A stretch of 64,000 nt of DNA from Haliotis cracherodii (taxonomy: Eukaryota). Both the position numbers and the translations under genes were made by a program. The notes beneath the pieces are model-generated. The model did no database searches. It worked only from the letters and a program-made list of their open reading frames with translations, and was not told the origin of the DNA. This document shows, piece after piece, positions 23,875-37,311 of the stretch (position 1 is the stretch's first letter; each line of letters opens with the position of its first letter). Location: contig NW_027266268.1 of NCBI RefSeq assembly GCF_022045235.1, positions 22,382,001 to 22,446,000 of the forward strand, read 5' to 3'.

Positions 23875-26235
23875 CTTGTGTGTGTGAACACGCCTCTTGT
23901 TGTGGATGAATATTGTCTCTATTGTGGGTGAACTATTCTCTTCTTGTGGATCAACATCCATCCACTCGTGTTATGAACATCCAATCTCTTCTGTGAACAT
24001 CCTCCCTCTTGTGTGTGAACATCCATCCACTTGTGTGTGAACATCCACCCCCTTGTGTGTAAACATCTATCCACGTGTGTGTGAACATCCATCCACTTGT
24101 GTGTGTACATCCATCCACTTGTGTGTGAACATCCTCTCTTTTGTATGTGAACATCAATCCACTTGTGTGTGAACATCCATCAACTTGTGTGTGAACATCC
24201 ATCCACTTGTGTGTGTACATCCATCAACTTGTGTGTGTACATCCATCCACTTGTGTGTGAACATCCATCCACTTGTGTATGAACATCTATCCACTTGTGT
24301 GTGAACATCCATCCACTTGTGTGTGTACATCTATCCACTTGTGTGTGAACATCCATCCACTTGTGTGTGAACATCCATCCACTTGTATGTGAACATCTAT
24401 CCACTTGCGTGTGAACATTCATCCACTTGTGTGTGAACATCCAGCCACTTGTGTGTGAACATCTGTTCACTTGTATGTGAACATCCATCCACTTGTGTGT
24501 GAACATCCATCCACTTGTGTGTGAACATACATCCACTTGTGTGTGAACATCTGTCCACTTGTGTGTGTACATCCATCCACTTGTGTGTGAACATCCATCC
24601 ACCTGTGTGTGTACATCTATCCACTTGTGTGTGTACATCTATCCACTTGTGTGTGAACATCCATCCACTTGTGTGTGAACATCCATCAACTTGTGTGTGA
24701 ACATTCATCCACTTGTGTGTGAACATCCATCCACTTGTGTGTGAACATCTGTCCACTTGTGTGTGTACATCCTCTCTTTTGTATGTGAACATCCATCCAC
24801 TTGTGTGTGTACATCTATCCACTTGTGTGTGAACATCCATCCACTTGTGTGTGAACATCCATCAACTTGTGTGTGAACATTCATCCACTTGTGTGTGAAC
24901 ATCCATCCACTTGTGTGTGAACATCCATCCACTTGTGTGTGTACATCCTCTCTTTTGTATGTGAACATCCATCCACTTGTGTGTGTACATCTATCCACTT
25001 GTGTGTGAACATCCATCCACTTGTGTGTGAACATTCATCCACTTGTGTGTGAACATTCATCCACTTGTGTGTGAACATCCATCCACTTGTGTGTGAACAT
25101 CCATCCACTTGTGTGTGAACATCTGTCCACTTGTGTGTGTACATCCATCCACTTGTGTGTGAACATCCATCCACCTGTGTGTGTACATCTATCCACTTGT
25201 GTGTGTACATCTATCCACTTGTGTGTGAACATCCATCCACTTGTGTGTGAACATCCATCAACTTGTGTGTGAACATTCATCCACTTGTGTGTGAACATCC
25301 ATCCACTTGTGTGTGAACATCTGTCCACTTGTGTGTGTACATCCTCTCTTTTGTATGTGAACATCCATCCACTTGTGTGTGTACATCTATCCACTTGTGT
25401 GTGAACATCCATCCACTTGTGTGTGAACATCCATCAACTTGTGTGTGAACATTCATCCACTTGTGTGTGAACATCCATCCACTTGTGTGTGAACATCCAT
25501 CCACTTGTGTGTGTACATCCTCTCTTTTGTATGTGAACATCCATCCACTTGTGTGTGTACATCTATCCACTTGTGTGTGAACATCCATCCACTTGTGTGT
25601 GAACATTCATCCACTTGTGTGTGAACATTCATCCACTTGTGTGTGAACATCCATCCACTTGTGTGTGAACATCCATCCACTTGTGTGTGTACATCCTCTC
25701 TTTTGTATGTGAACATCCATCCACTTGTGTGTGAACATCCATCCACTTGTGTGTGTACATCCTCTCTTTTGTATGTGAACATCCATCCACTTGTGTGTGT
25801 ACATCTATCCACTTGTGTGTGAACATCCATCCACTTGTGTGTGAACATTCATCCACTTGTGTGTGAACATTCATCCACTTGCGTGTGAACATCCATCCAC
25901 TTGTGTGTGAACATCCATCCACTTGTGTGTGTACATCTATCCACTTGTGTGTGTACATCTATCCACTTGTATGTGAACATCCATCCACTTGTGTGTGTAC
26001 ATCTATCCACTTGTGTGTGAACATCCATCCACCTGTGCGTGAACATCCATCCACTTGTGTGTGAACATCCATCCACTTGTCTGTGAACATCCATCCACTT
26101 GTTTGTGAACATCCATCCACTTGTCTGTGAACATCCATCCACTTGTGTGTGAACATCCATCCACTTGTCTGTGAGTGCTCATCCTTTTGTGGGTGAACAT
26201 TAATCCACTTCTGGTGAACACCCACCCTCTTGTCG
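23875..26235. repeat. 22-bp minisatellite with 572-bp higher-order repeat
   Basis: GTGTGAACATCCATCCACTTGT, about 100 copies. Confidence 0.97.
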
Positions 26236-27283
26236 GTGAAATGTATCGACGACGGTACTCTGCATATTGATATTGTATACGTAAATAATTGTTAGCTAAT
26301 AATTATAACTGGTAATGGATACCTAAGACTTGATGAAGTGATACTCAACATTTATTCGGTTATATGGACATGTACAACAGTTGTTATAGTGGATGTCAAA
26401 GGTGAGGGAGTGAGATGGTTGTCAATATTACAGCAATATCATGGCGGGGGTAACAGAAAAGGCTTTCATACCGGAATCGAACCGGAACGTTCGGTGTGAC
26501 GAGCCAACACTTTACTCATTTGGTGATCCCACCGACCCATAACATCCCCAACCCCTTTCTCCGCCAGACAGTGCTATATGGAGGTATTCACGGCACGCAG
26601 GTACGATCGTCTCACTGATTCTCCATACAGAAAGTGATTGGTATTATATACAGGCCTGGTCTTGACACACGGCACAATTTAGTTGTCTAGTCGCTGTGTC
26701 AGAATACAAGACGTCTCCATGCGCCACGACCGCCATGGAAGGAATTCCTCTATGCAAGACCATACAAGGGGAGGGGAACTATGCCTCGACCTTAGCGTAC
26801 ACCTATTGTTTTCGGGTGACTGAATCCTATATGTCATTTGTTGACATTTCTATATTGCGCTTGCCACATTTGTTCAACACTGAAGATTCACTATCACGTA
26901 ATGAGGGCAGTGAGAAGGCTCTTGCTTCAATCCCCTTTCATAACATCGAGCGTATCATGTTTAATAATTTTGTGTCTGATGTCTGAGCACAGTGCGATCG
27001 AGGACATAGTCACGGAGCGTTCCGGGACATGGGGGACTGTCCCTCTCTACTAGGTTACAGGTCCGTAACGGGGACCAGTCTGACACGGTGATGAAAAGGG
27101 CGGAGGAGTGATAGCTCGTGATGGCTCAGCGTAGAGAAGTGCTTCACACTGACGTCGGACTATACACGCCCATAAGGCCATGGGGGCTCCTTCAACTAAC
27201 TCTTAGTCTCTGATAATATATAATTTTGATAGAAACAAATAATTCCATTTAATATATACACTTGCTTCACAAATAGAGCTGGG

Positions 27284-27428
27284 GCCCTGGGGTAGCCTAC
27301 TGGTTAATGCGTTACCTCGTCACGCCCACGACCCAGGTTCGATTAACCACATGGGTTCAATTCTGGTGTCTCCCGCCATGACATTGCTGGAATATTACTA
27401 AAAGCGGCGTAAAACCATACCCTCTCAC
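27284..27428 (+). mobile_element. tRNA-derived SINE family B copy
   Basis: GGGGTAGCCTACTGGTTAA...GGTTCGATT...GCTGGAATATTACTAAAAGCGGCGTAAAACCATAC. Confidence 0.8.
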
Positions 27429-27867
27429 AGGGCTATAGCATTACAGAAAGGGCTGGGCTGAAGGGAAGGTAATATGGTTGTGGGTCTGTAAGACAGATTA
27501 GGGGCCCCTGCTCACCGCGATGTTCAGTAAAGTAAAGGCCTACCCTGTTTATATTATACCCTTACAGCGTTGACAATTATTACCTTAGATGCTCAAATAT
27601 GAACAGCCACAGACTCTCTTCAACATTTCATGAAGATATAAATTTAAACTCGATCACATGGACTACTTCAATCACCAAACTGTTGCAGTTCTTATTTCCG
27701 AGCTGCGAATCACAAAACATCTGATTAGATAGATAGATAGATAGATAGATACTTCCTTCAGTTACAGCTGCAAAAACAGGAATTTTATTAATTAAAACCA
27801 TGAAGCTGAATATTAATTTTTTGAAAGAAAAACACCTTGCAAGAATGTAATTTTTGTGGCAGACAAG

Positions 27868-28650
27868 TTACGTATCATAACGTGACTTGGGGATGTCGTA
27901 TTACGTTTCATGACGTGACTTGGGGTGTCGTATTAGGTTTCATAACGTTACTTGGGGATGTCGTTTGTCGTATCATAACGTGACTTATGGGTGTCGTATT
28001 ACGTATCATCGCGTGACTTGGGGTGTCGTATTACGTTTCATAACATGACTTCGATGTCTCGCATTGCGTATCATAACGTGACTTCGTTGTGTCGTGGTAC
28101 ATACCACAACGCGACTTAGTGTATCATGTTACGTATCATAACGTGACTTGGTGTATCGTATTACATTTCATAACGTGACTTGGTGTATCGTGTTACGTAT
28201 CATAACGTGACTTCGATGTCTCGCGTTACGTATCATAACGTGACTTCGTTGTGTCGTGGTACGTACCACAACGTGACTTGGTGTATCGTGTTACGTATCA
28301 TAACGTGACTTCGATGTCTCGCGTTACGTATCACAACGTGACTTCGTTGTGTCGTGGTACGTACCACAACGTGACTTGGTGTATCGTGTTACGTATCATA
28401 ACGTGACTTGGTGTCTCGCGTTACGTATCATAACGTGACTTCGTTGTGTCGTGGTACGTACCACAACGTGACTTGGTGTATCGTGTTACGTATCATAACG
28501 TGACTTGGTGTCTCGCGTTACGTATCATAACGTGACTTCGTTGTGTCGTGGTACGTACCACAACGTGACTTGGTGTATCGTGTTACGTATCATAACGTGA
28601 CTTGGTGTCTCGCGTTACGTATCATAACGTGACTCTGGCATGTCGTATTA
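27868..28650. repeat. 32-33-bp CpG-rich minisatellite with a 97-bp trimeric higher-order unit
   Basis: CATAACGTGACTTGGTGTATCGTGTTACGTAT variants. Confidence 0.95.
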
Positions 28651-29144
28651 CACGGACACCATTATGTATTGGAACCCAAATCTACCGACGACGGTAGGCT
28701 TTTGGTTTTTAGCGATTACTCTCACCTGGTTCTATTTCCATATTTGTAAACAATGTGGAACCAGTTCCTGGATTTTCCTGGGGGTAAAACAATACCCATC
28801 TTTCTCCATTCTACACAATTTTCCCAAACCCCGTTGACTGACAACGATCCTGCCTGTGACCTAAAGGTGGATAACGAGCGGTATAAGTAGGGTTAATAGG
28901 AGGCCAATTTGTGGGGACTGGCCTACAAATGAGAGGTTAGTTATCAAGATATCAAACTACTAATTGTTGTAGGTAATTGCATTTAATTATCACAACAGTC
29001 AGTGCATGTAGAGTAACGTTTTATCATTAGCATCATCCAATAACTATTTAAGGTCACTCAATAATTCGTCGGGCGTGGTGAAACAGTTTTTGTCCTTTAT
29101 TCAAAGACTATTAGTTAGACAATGAGGAGGACGTACGTAGATGG

Positions 29145-29463
29145 AGGTGAGGTGAGATGGGGCTTAACGTCGCGTTCAAAATTAATGCACTTATGTGCTC
29201 GTAAGGGGGCCGGTTTGATGCCGATTTTATAGTGCTAGCCCACTGGGATACCATGCAGCAGTTTAACATGAATACCCCACTCAGACACAGTATACTGACT
29301 CAGACCCGACCAGTCCTGGTTTTAGTCCCGTAATGCCGAGCGCCAGTCAGGGTAACAACAAGTACCATATTTTAACGTCTCTTGGTATGATGCGGCCTGG
29401 GATTGAACCCCGGACCTTCCGCTCTCTGGGCGGACGCTCTACCACTAGACAACAGAGGCGGTC
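29145..29463 (-). mobile_element. tRNA-derived SINE family D with a Meta/MESC-like central domain (fragment also at 21468-21548)
   Basis: Head CTAGTGGTAGAGCGTCCG...GGTTCAATCCC followed by ATGGTACTTGTTGTTACCCTGACTGGCGCTCGGCATT...CAGGACTGGTCGG; tail CGACGTTAAGCCCC. Domain assignment is from memory. Confidence 0.7.
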
Positions 29464-31811
29464 TACATGGACGAAATCACTGTAATGATATATCTTTATA
29501 ACGGTACTATCCCTGTAGTGTCATATTCCGGTAACGCTAACTCACTGTACATTGCAACGGTAAATCAGTGTAGGTAGAGTCAATTTGCGTTTTTTGGAAT
29601 ATTCCCGAATCAGACAAATGAAAAATGAAAAGAAATGAAGGAAAACCGGTTGCTTTGTTGATAACATATTTGTTTTACATTGTATACAAAGAGGGCGTTT
29701 ATATGAGCAAGTCATAATGTATATCATTTTGGCAATAAAAGATTTACCATACAACTACTGCTAGTTCTGTAAAGAATGCGCGAATAAGTGTCATCGCCTT
29801 GATGTATTGTAGGGAACATTGACTCTATAAGGCCAGGACGCCTGTTGGGTGATCACCAGTATACCGTGTCTACTAACGTATCGCTAAACTTCAGTCAGGG
29901 TAATAACACACCCATTACGTGTGACAGTGAATGGGAGCTTGATAATAATATAAGATTGCATTGAAGGGGACTGTACATATACGTATTATAAGCAAGCCAG
30001 CCATCTCTGCCAAAGGCGGTCGTTTATGGATCATTAATCTTACTGGTGAGGTATCTACACCAGAGTATTAATGGCATCAGGTTTATCTTGGGGAATGTTT
30101 CGCATTCTCTTGCATAAAGATATGAGAAACCTATGTTTAAAATACGCAACTGGGGCTGATAAGCAGCGACACTCAATGAGCACATAAAGTGATGACGTCA
30201 TCAAGTGCATACTTCAATGGGGAGATTACTTTCTTCTGTGTGAAGCTTCTATGCATGCGCTTTCATGGTCTGTCTTTGCTGTCATATCATACTTAATTTA
30301 TAGTTTTGAAATAAATGTGTGATTTAAAAACTCCTTGTCTGTTCGTATGATTGAGATTCAGGCAGCCAGCCAAACCGAAGACAGTTTACATGCTTCGTAC
30401 AGTTTCTATACCATGAAATGAAATATTTGGAATTCTGAAGTGGAACAAGAAAGGGATTGTTGTTTTGTAGCTCACTTTAATGTTTGTGTTTATCAGACAC
30501 TACAGCTATCAATTTGAAAAATTTGCAATGACAGTTTGGAGAAAGTTCTTTTGATATATTTGCTGGGGTTAAAGGGGCCAGGTTTCAAACACTAACATAA
30601 TGCATTTATATAGAGTCTGACTCCCAGTTTGGAAAGCTGCTCGGCGGCGATACATATTCACCCCGGTTAATGGGCCAGTGTGCACTCGGATTTATACCCC
30701 GCCGCTGTGAGGCGCTAGAAGGATCACAATCACATTACCCCATCTTCCAGGTACCCATTCACCGCTGGATGAACATAGGCATATTTGAACAAAGCCACAT
30801 ACCCAAGGAGACATTAGATGTAAACTGCGTTTCAGCGTGGAGTGAAATAGGAGTCAAGTTTGCTGAACTCGTCACCAATCCGTAGCTTAACTTTGCGTTA
30901 TTCGATGTACGCATCCCTCGTGCCGCCATCATTGTATATATATTTATATATGCAACGTGTATACCTAACTACCAGCAGCTGGTTTCAATTACAACATGGT
31001 GAGATTCCTGATAGTGTTGTTTGTCCTCTGATGGACCACAGTGAATGTCCAGTAAGGGGAGGTAACCCTGTTATCTAGTATGATCGCGTAAAAGATTTGT
31101 TTGTTTGTTGTTTAACGCCGCATTCAGCAATATTATAGCAATATGATGGAGGTCTGCAAAAAATTGGGTTTGGACCAGACAATCCAGTGGTTGACATCAT
31201 GGGCATCAATCTAGAACACGTGGGATCTTTATAAGTACTTACAGGTGTTGCTTGGTTTCCACATCCGACGACCTTAAAATTTAAAAACTCAACAACAAAT
31301 GACACAATCCAGTCCAAGATTTGATTTGTAATCAACCGATACAAATCAAAGTTAAAGTTGATGAAAGTAATCCTGTTAAATGCATTTTATTTTATTTTTT
31401 TCCGACATACCGACAAAAATATTTCACTATCAAAATCCATAAACCAAAAAGAGGTCTGACCTATGTCGACGCTCACGACATGCATGGGGTATTTAGGACC
31501 TATCCCCCACAGGGAATGGAAGATCCTATGGGAAATAGGATAAGGTATCGTTGTGATTTCGCTACAATTTATATCAGGAGCTCATGCAGCTTTGTATTGT
31601 TTTAACTCGTCGTTGAAAAATGGTCAACTTGGTATAACTCCTTATATGACGAAGCCAACGGAGGTTTTATCTGTAGCAATGCATTGGCTAAAGTCGCTCT
31701 TTCCCTTAATATACCAACACTAAATATGTTGGAACAAGTCCTCTCTAATACAGACCCCGAAATACATATAAACCAAAAAACTGGCAAGTCTAAAATACCA
31801 GCAAAGTCCAG

Positions 31812-32028
31812 GGCCCCGTTCCACAAAGCGATCTTAGCGCTAAGGTGATCATAACTTCCATACTTAAACATAGACTTACGACAGTCGTTGCGCTAAGATT
31901 GCTTCGTGGAACGGGGCCCTGGGACCTGTTCCACAAAGCGATCTTAGTGCTACGTTGATCGTAATCCTATGATAAAGTATGAGAGTTACAACCAACTTAG
32001 CACTAAGATCGCTTTGCGGAACAGGTTC
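31812..32028. mobile_element. Two adjacent 107-bp Harbinger-like MITEs in opposite orientation
   Basis: 31812-31918 and 31922-32028, separated by CTG and flanked by CAG. Confidence 0.8.
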
Positions 32029-33507
32029 CAGATGGCTTTCCAGTTTCAAGAGTGATTTGCTGAGTTCCTCTGCAGCATATATTTAAAAAAATAATTTCAT
32101 TTTTTTAAATTCATATCTTTTGCTCCAGTTGGGTCCCCGCCCTAAGGTTTGAGTGGAAAAGACAGTTATACTATATTTCCAAAAATTCACTCATTAAGTG
32201 CTGTGAGAATCAGGATATTCCGCTCTCACGTTCTGCGCTGTGACGAAAGTGACTGAAACGAGTTGGTATTGTTCCTGAACGACCGAAACAATTAGTGAGG
32301 GGTTTGAGTGATGAATCTGTCACGCCATGACACTATAAATTGCCTGCATACACCCTGCATATCTGACTGGTTTCAGCCAATGACTCCTAAATTCACCCCA
32401 TCCGACACCAATACGAATATTATTGTCATTAATCTTTATCTTCCGGGGATCTTTCTGTGAAGCAGACGACACCTGTTCCCACCTGTCACGTGCAGGATGC
32501 ACGTGGGATGCCATCGTCTATTTGCCACTGTCCTGCCTGGTAAGGCACTAAGTGCCCCCTATTTCATCTCCCCCTTCACCCCTAGATGGTCATTCCGCAA
32601 TTAATCTCTCTGTATTGCACACAATCGATGAGATCTGCTTTCAGGGGTGTCATAAAAGACCAAAGGTTATTCATTGAATTCTCAAAGACCATTGAGAGTG
32701 CCTGAACCCCGCGGTCAAAACTCGACCCCAGGGGTGCCGCCTCTCCGATGGACTGTCCAGTCAAAGGATTTAATTGTTGTAACACAGAAGGTGCGTCCCC
32801 CCATGTCAACAGGTGAAGTGGACAATACGACCGGTAGTGCACATGTTGCGAGATGCTGACACCGAGGATTATCTCCCTTTGATAGCGAGGTAATAGTCGT
32901 GTCAGCGAGTTCACGGACAAATGGACTCTTGGATTTCGCTTTAATTGACATGCGGAAGGAATTAACAGTCATGTAGACCTGCATGTAAAATTAATAGTGT
33001 TAAAGGAAGGAATCAATTACTGTTATGTTTTCTCAAATAAATAGTCTTATCTGAAGGTCTTTGGTTTGCGTGATGTTTAACAGCATTATTCGCAAGAACC
33101 CGGCTATACTGAAGGGCAAAATAAAGTATACACCCATGTTTGATGGTGGCTAAAAATGAAACAAGACATTGTTATTCGATGGTGATGTATTTTATACGTG
33201 TATCGGATTTATGTTTTGGCCCTCAGAATTACAGCGTTTTGGCGACTGTTTTCAGCCAAGTAAGGTTTTGATAACGTTTGTATTTTTTTGGTCCCATCAA
33301 TTTTTTTAGTGTAGACTTTCTTTTGCTCGTCAGTTTATATGACGACGTACGGTAAAGAATCGAGTTTGGAAAGGCAATCTAGTGACTGATATATTGAGCA
33401 ACGGTCCATCGGGGTCACTGAACCTGACCATCCGATCCATGAAGGTCGGTGTGGACCTATATTATATTATTCACGAGATACACGCTAGGGCAGTAAATGA
33501 TTACAAT

Positions 33508-33740
33508 ATAACCATATGTAGATTAGTTATACCATATATAGATGGGGTATTGCCATATTTAAACGGGGTATTACCATATTTAGACGGGGTATTACCATAT
33601 TTAGACGGGGTATTACCATATATAGAATGGGTATTACCATATATAGATGGGGTATTACCATATATAGACGGGGTATTGCCATATTTAGATGGGGTATTAC
33701 CATATAAAGAAAGAGTATTACCGTATTTGGATGTAGGTAT
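33508..33740. repeat. 21-bp minisatellite
   Basis: ACCATATTTAGACGGGGTATT. Confidence 0.9.
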
Positions 33741-34141
33741 TTATAAGATTTGACAGTATCATCAGTAAACCTCCCAAATTGAATTCGTCCTTAATGCTTC
33801 ACCGCCCCCTTCTCGAGTGTCATCATTCAAGCAAATAGTGGATAAAACCTGGTAGGTTCGGTTACTCAATGGTCAACTCCAAAATGCACGTGCAACAGAT
33901 GCGATGGACCAATAATGTCGATGTAGTCGTATCTGTTACACAGCCGTGACGGGTGTCGCAGTGGCACTCACATCCAAGGACGAGTTTGAATTTGAATCAC
34001 GGTTCATTATAGGTCAATGACTGAGCAGTTTTATCTTCTGGTTCGCTGAGTGCGAAATGAGTTTCAGTTTCAAATGAGTGACGCCTGTCAATACTTGTCA
34101 CCTCGTCTATTGGCCTTCTTACACTTGAAGGTCATAGCATA

Positions 34142-34483
34142 ATGTAGCAGTGGCAAAGGTAGTGGTTGATGTAACAGTGGCAAAGGTAGCGGTTGATGTA
34201 GCAGTGGCAATGGCTGTGGTAGATGTAGCAGTGACAATGGTAGTGGCAGATGTAGCAGTGACAATGGCTGTGGTAGATGTAGCAGTGACAATGGTAGTGG
34301 TAGGTGTAGCAGTGACAATGGTTGAGGTAGATGTAGCAGTGACAAGGGTAGTGGTAGATGTAGCAGTGACAATGGTAGTGGTAGATGTAGCAATGACAAT
34401 GGTAGTGGTTGATGTAGGAGTGACAAGGGTAGTGGTAGATGTAGGAGTGACAACGGTAGTAGTAGATTTAGCAGTGACAATGG
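34142..34483. repeat. 30-bp minisatellite
   Basis: GATGTAGCAGTGACAATGGTAGTGGTA-type unit (spacing about 27-30 bp). Confidence 0.85.
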
Positions 34484-34523
34484 TTTGGCAGTAGCATTTG
34501 GAATTGGCGTTGCAGTGGGAATG

Positions 34524-34777
34524 GTTTGTTTGTTGTTTGTTGTTTAACGCCGCACTCAGCAATATTCCAGCTATATGACGGCGGTCTGTGTAAATAATCA
34601 AGACTGGACCAGACAATCCAGTTATTGACATCATGTGCATCGGATACGAAGACATGCATCGACCAAGTAAGCGAGCCTGACCACCCGATCTCGTTAGTCG
34701 CCTCTTCCGACAAGTATAGTCGCCTTTCACAAGCATGGGTTGCTGAAGGCCTTTTCTACCCCGGATCTCCACGGGTC
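34524..34777 (-). mobile_element. SINE-like family A copy
   Basis: Full-length homology ending in CCGGATCTCCACGGGTC on +. Confidence 0.85.
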
Positions 34778-35428
34778 TAATGGTAGGTGATGTCGCAGTG
34801 GCAATCGTAGTAGGTAGTAGTTGTTCCTGGTGTCTCGGATGTAAAAAGTACAGCGAACCTGATTCAGTGCCAGAGTGATTATATTGTGACATCATGGTAA
34901 CCGATGACGTCACAATGGTCTGCAAAACAATTGATGCAATTTCACAATAGCGGTATGGAGATATGTCTTGACCGCACACAAGCAAAATCTCCTGTCACAG
35001 TGTGGAAGCCACATTTAGATGATAACACGTTGTCCATGCCGAATTTAATCAGCATGGGCACACGCGACAGTGCACCTTTAAAAAGTTTGTTATTTTGCTG
35101 ACGTGGCAAATTAGAAACCGTAGCCAGACAGTGGTGACGGTTGGAGGAAGGGAATGATGGGGGGGGGGGGGGGATGAGGGGCTGCAGGCTAGAAGCAAAC
35201 CTGATCATCAGTAAAAAATGGGCGTAAAGAAATGTGAGTTGAGGAAGACCCCAGTACGTGTTTTGTCCCATTCAGCCACGCATCCAAGGGAGACAGTACG
35301 TGGAGACTCGGAGCTCGTCTTTCTGTCGATTGAATCGCCCAAAAAACCTTTTTGTCTGTTTTTCGCCCCGCTTCATGAAAACCCTCTATGGAAGAAAAGG
35401 GTTATCCTGTACTTTCTCTTATTACCAG

Positions 35429-35750
35429 AATGAGCTAACCCCAACTCCCATGGGGACACGGGGGGACTTGCTCCGGTGAAAAGCCTCGTTTTGACAATGC
35501 TGGATAAGAGACATACCGCAGATAACTTCCCCTTGTCCTCGTCGCCACCATTGTGGAGTCCCAGTCCTCGACTGGGAGACGATCTCCGCCGAGGCATGCT
35601 ATTGTTACGGCCTGTAACACGGGTCGGTGGCAATTGTCGCTCGATGACCCTGACTCGTTCGCCGTGGATGTTGATCACTGGGGCAAGGACCTCTTCAGCG
35701 TGTTTCAACTAGCGCACAGGAGTGTCGAGTCTAAAACAAGCAGCTTCGTG
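35429..35750 (+). other. Candidate non-coding or 5' UTR exon
   Basis: Polypyrimidine tract plus CAG acceptor (CTTTCTCTTATTACCAG) at 35428 and donor GTG|GTAAGA at 35751. GC/CpG-rich, with no frame open throughout. Confidence 0.3.
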
Positions 35751-37083
35751 GTAAGACAGGTCGTGGTTCGAACCCATTAACACTTCAGAGGGGAAATTGT
35801 ATTGTAGTACCTACAATACACATGGTCATGAAAAGACACTTTTTTTTTATTTTCGTATGAGACATATTCAGCTGCAACCTAATAACGCCACGCACGGCTC
35901 GTTTAAACGTTTAGTACCAACTGCTCTTTGAATTACGTTTAAAAGATAAGATAAGATTTATTGCATTACATTCCTCTAAAGAAAAGATGCAATGGAAAAC
36001 ACAGCTACAATTTCCATTCACTAAAAACACATCAAATAACACAAACACGTCATATGGTGTTTTATACACCATATTTAATGCATAAATAAATAGCAGTTTG
36101 GAACAACAGATCAAACAATAAAAGAAGTCTTAAAGTTTAATAAGTGGTTATGACATCGTCAGGTTTGGGAGTACTTGATCGCTCGAAATAGACATAAGTA
36201 AACTTGACTTGATCTAACAATATTTCTTATCTCAATAACAATTTCGTTGATCGTCTGTTCCATACTCGATTATTTACAGACCGCCGTCTTATAGCTGGAA
36301 TATTGCTGAGTGTGGCGTTAGACAACAAACACATTTTAAACAACAAACACACAATCGCAACAAACAAACAAAAATATCCCGTCTTTGCAGAAAAAAACAT
36401 AAGTAAAGAAAATGGCGTAACTGTCAAGAGTTATAAGTGCTGCTTTTAAGTGAACGTGACAGTTTAAGTCCGAGTGATAGTTGGGCGCAAGAAGGCCCCA
36501 ATGTCGCCCGAGGTCGCTCTAAATCCAATTATTACTACAACGACAAATGTGACATAGTTATTGTTGAGCGTCTCGTCTGAAACGTGCGCGACACAACATG
36601 TCAATCTTCCCACCTGGGTCTATACATACCACGTGATCCCCGTGGCCATCGTGCTTCTCGAGGCAATGACCGTTCTGTACTTGATGCCACGTGAACACCT
36701 GTGCATGTGCAACGATTGATTCAGCTTACGTTGCAAAGTTTAGGTGCTCGAGAAAAAAACACCTTATCTAGTTCTACTCAAATTCATTACCGTTTTTCGA
36801 TCAACTGGTCATCAACAAGTCGAGTGAATATGATTATGATGATTCGCCTATACGTTTTTCGACGTCACCAAACAAATCCAGTTTGGGCTGATACGATAAA
36901 TTTCTACTTCGCGGATCCAGACGGATTCTCGCCCAAAAGCATACAAATCACGTTGACGTGTAACAAGAATAACAATTAAAGGACTCATTTTTGGCTAACA
37001 AACACAAATCGTTTTTGGCATCATGTTTGTGTTTAAAGTGCACCAGAAGTCGATGTACACCATCTTTTCAAGAAAGGCCAAAC

Positions 37084-37115
<32 letters not shown>

Positions 37116-37311
37116 ACTTATCATATAAGGTAGTATCTCCTCTTGTTGATCTTTGATCATGCACCCTGAGGCCAATCTCTGAGTTTAGGCCTCTGAACGA
37201 ATATCGTATATTTTCCATCACGCCTCAGACCGGTGTTTAGGATGCGTGACGAGGTATGGTGGTGTTGTCGTACGACACATAATTTGACCCGTTCCCAAAA
37301 GCGATCATTAA

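Noticed and set aside
23919-26225. Many His/Trp-rich ORFs
   Set aside because: Translations of the 22-bp repeat in multiple frames.
32202-32230. Su(H) paired site (TGTGAGAA ... CTCTCACG)
   Set aside because: The 13-nt spacer is shorter than the canonical ~15-17 and the second site is imperfect.
34088-34985. 288-aa Thr-rich ORF
   Set aside because: Runs through a SINE and a minisatellite.
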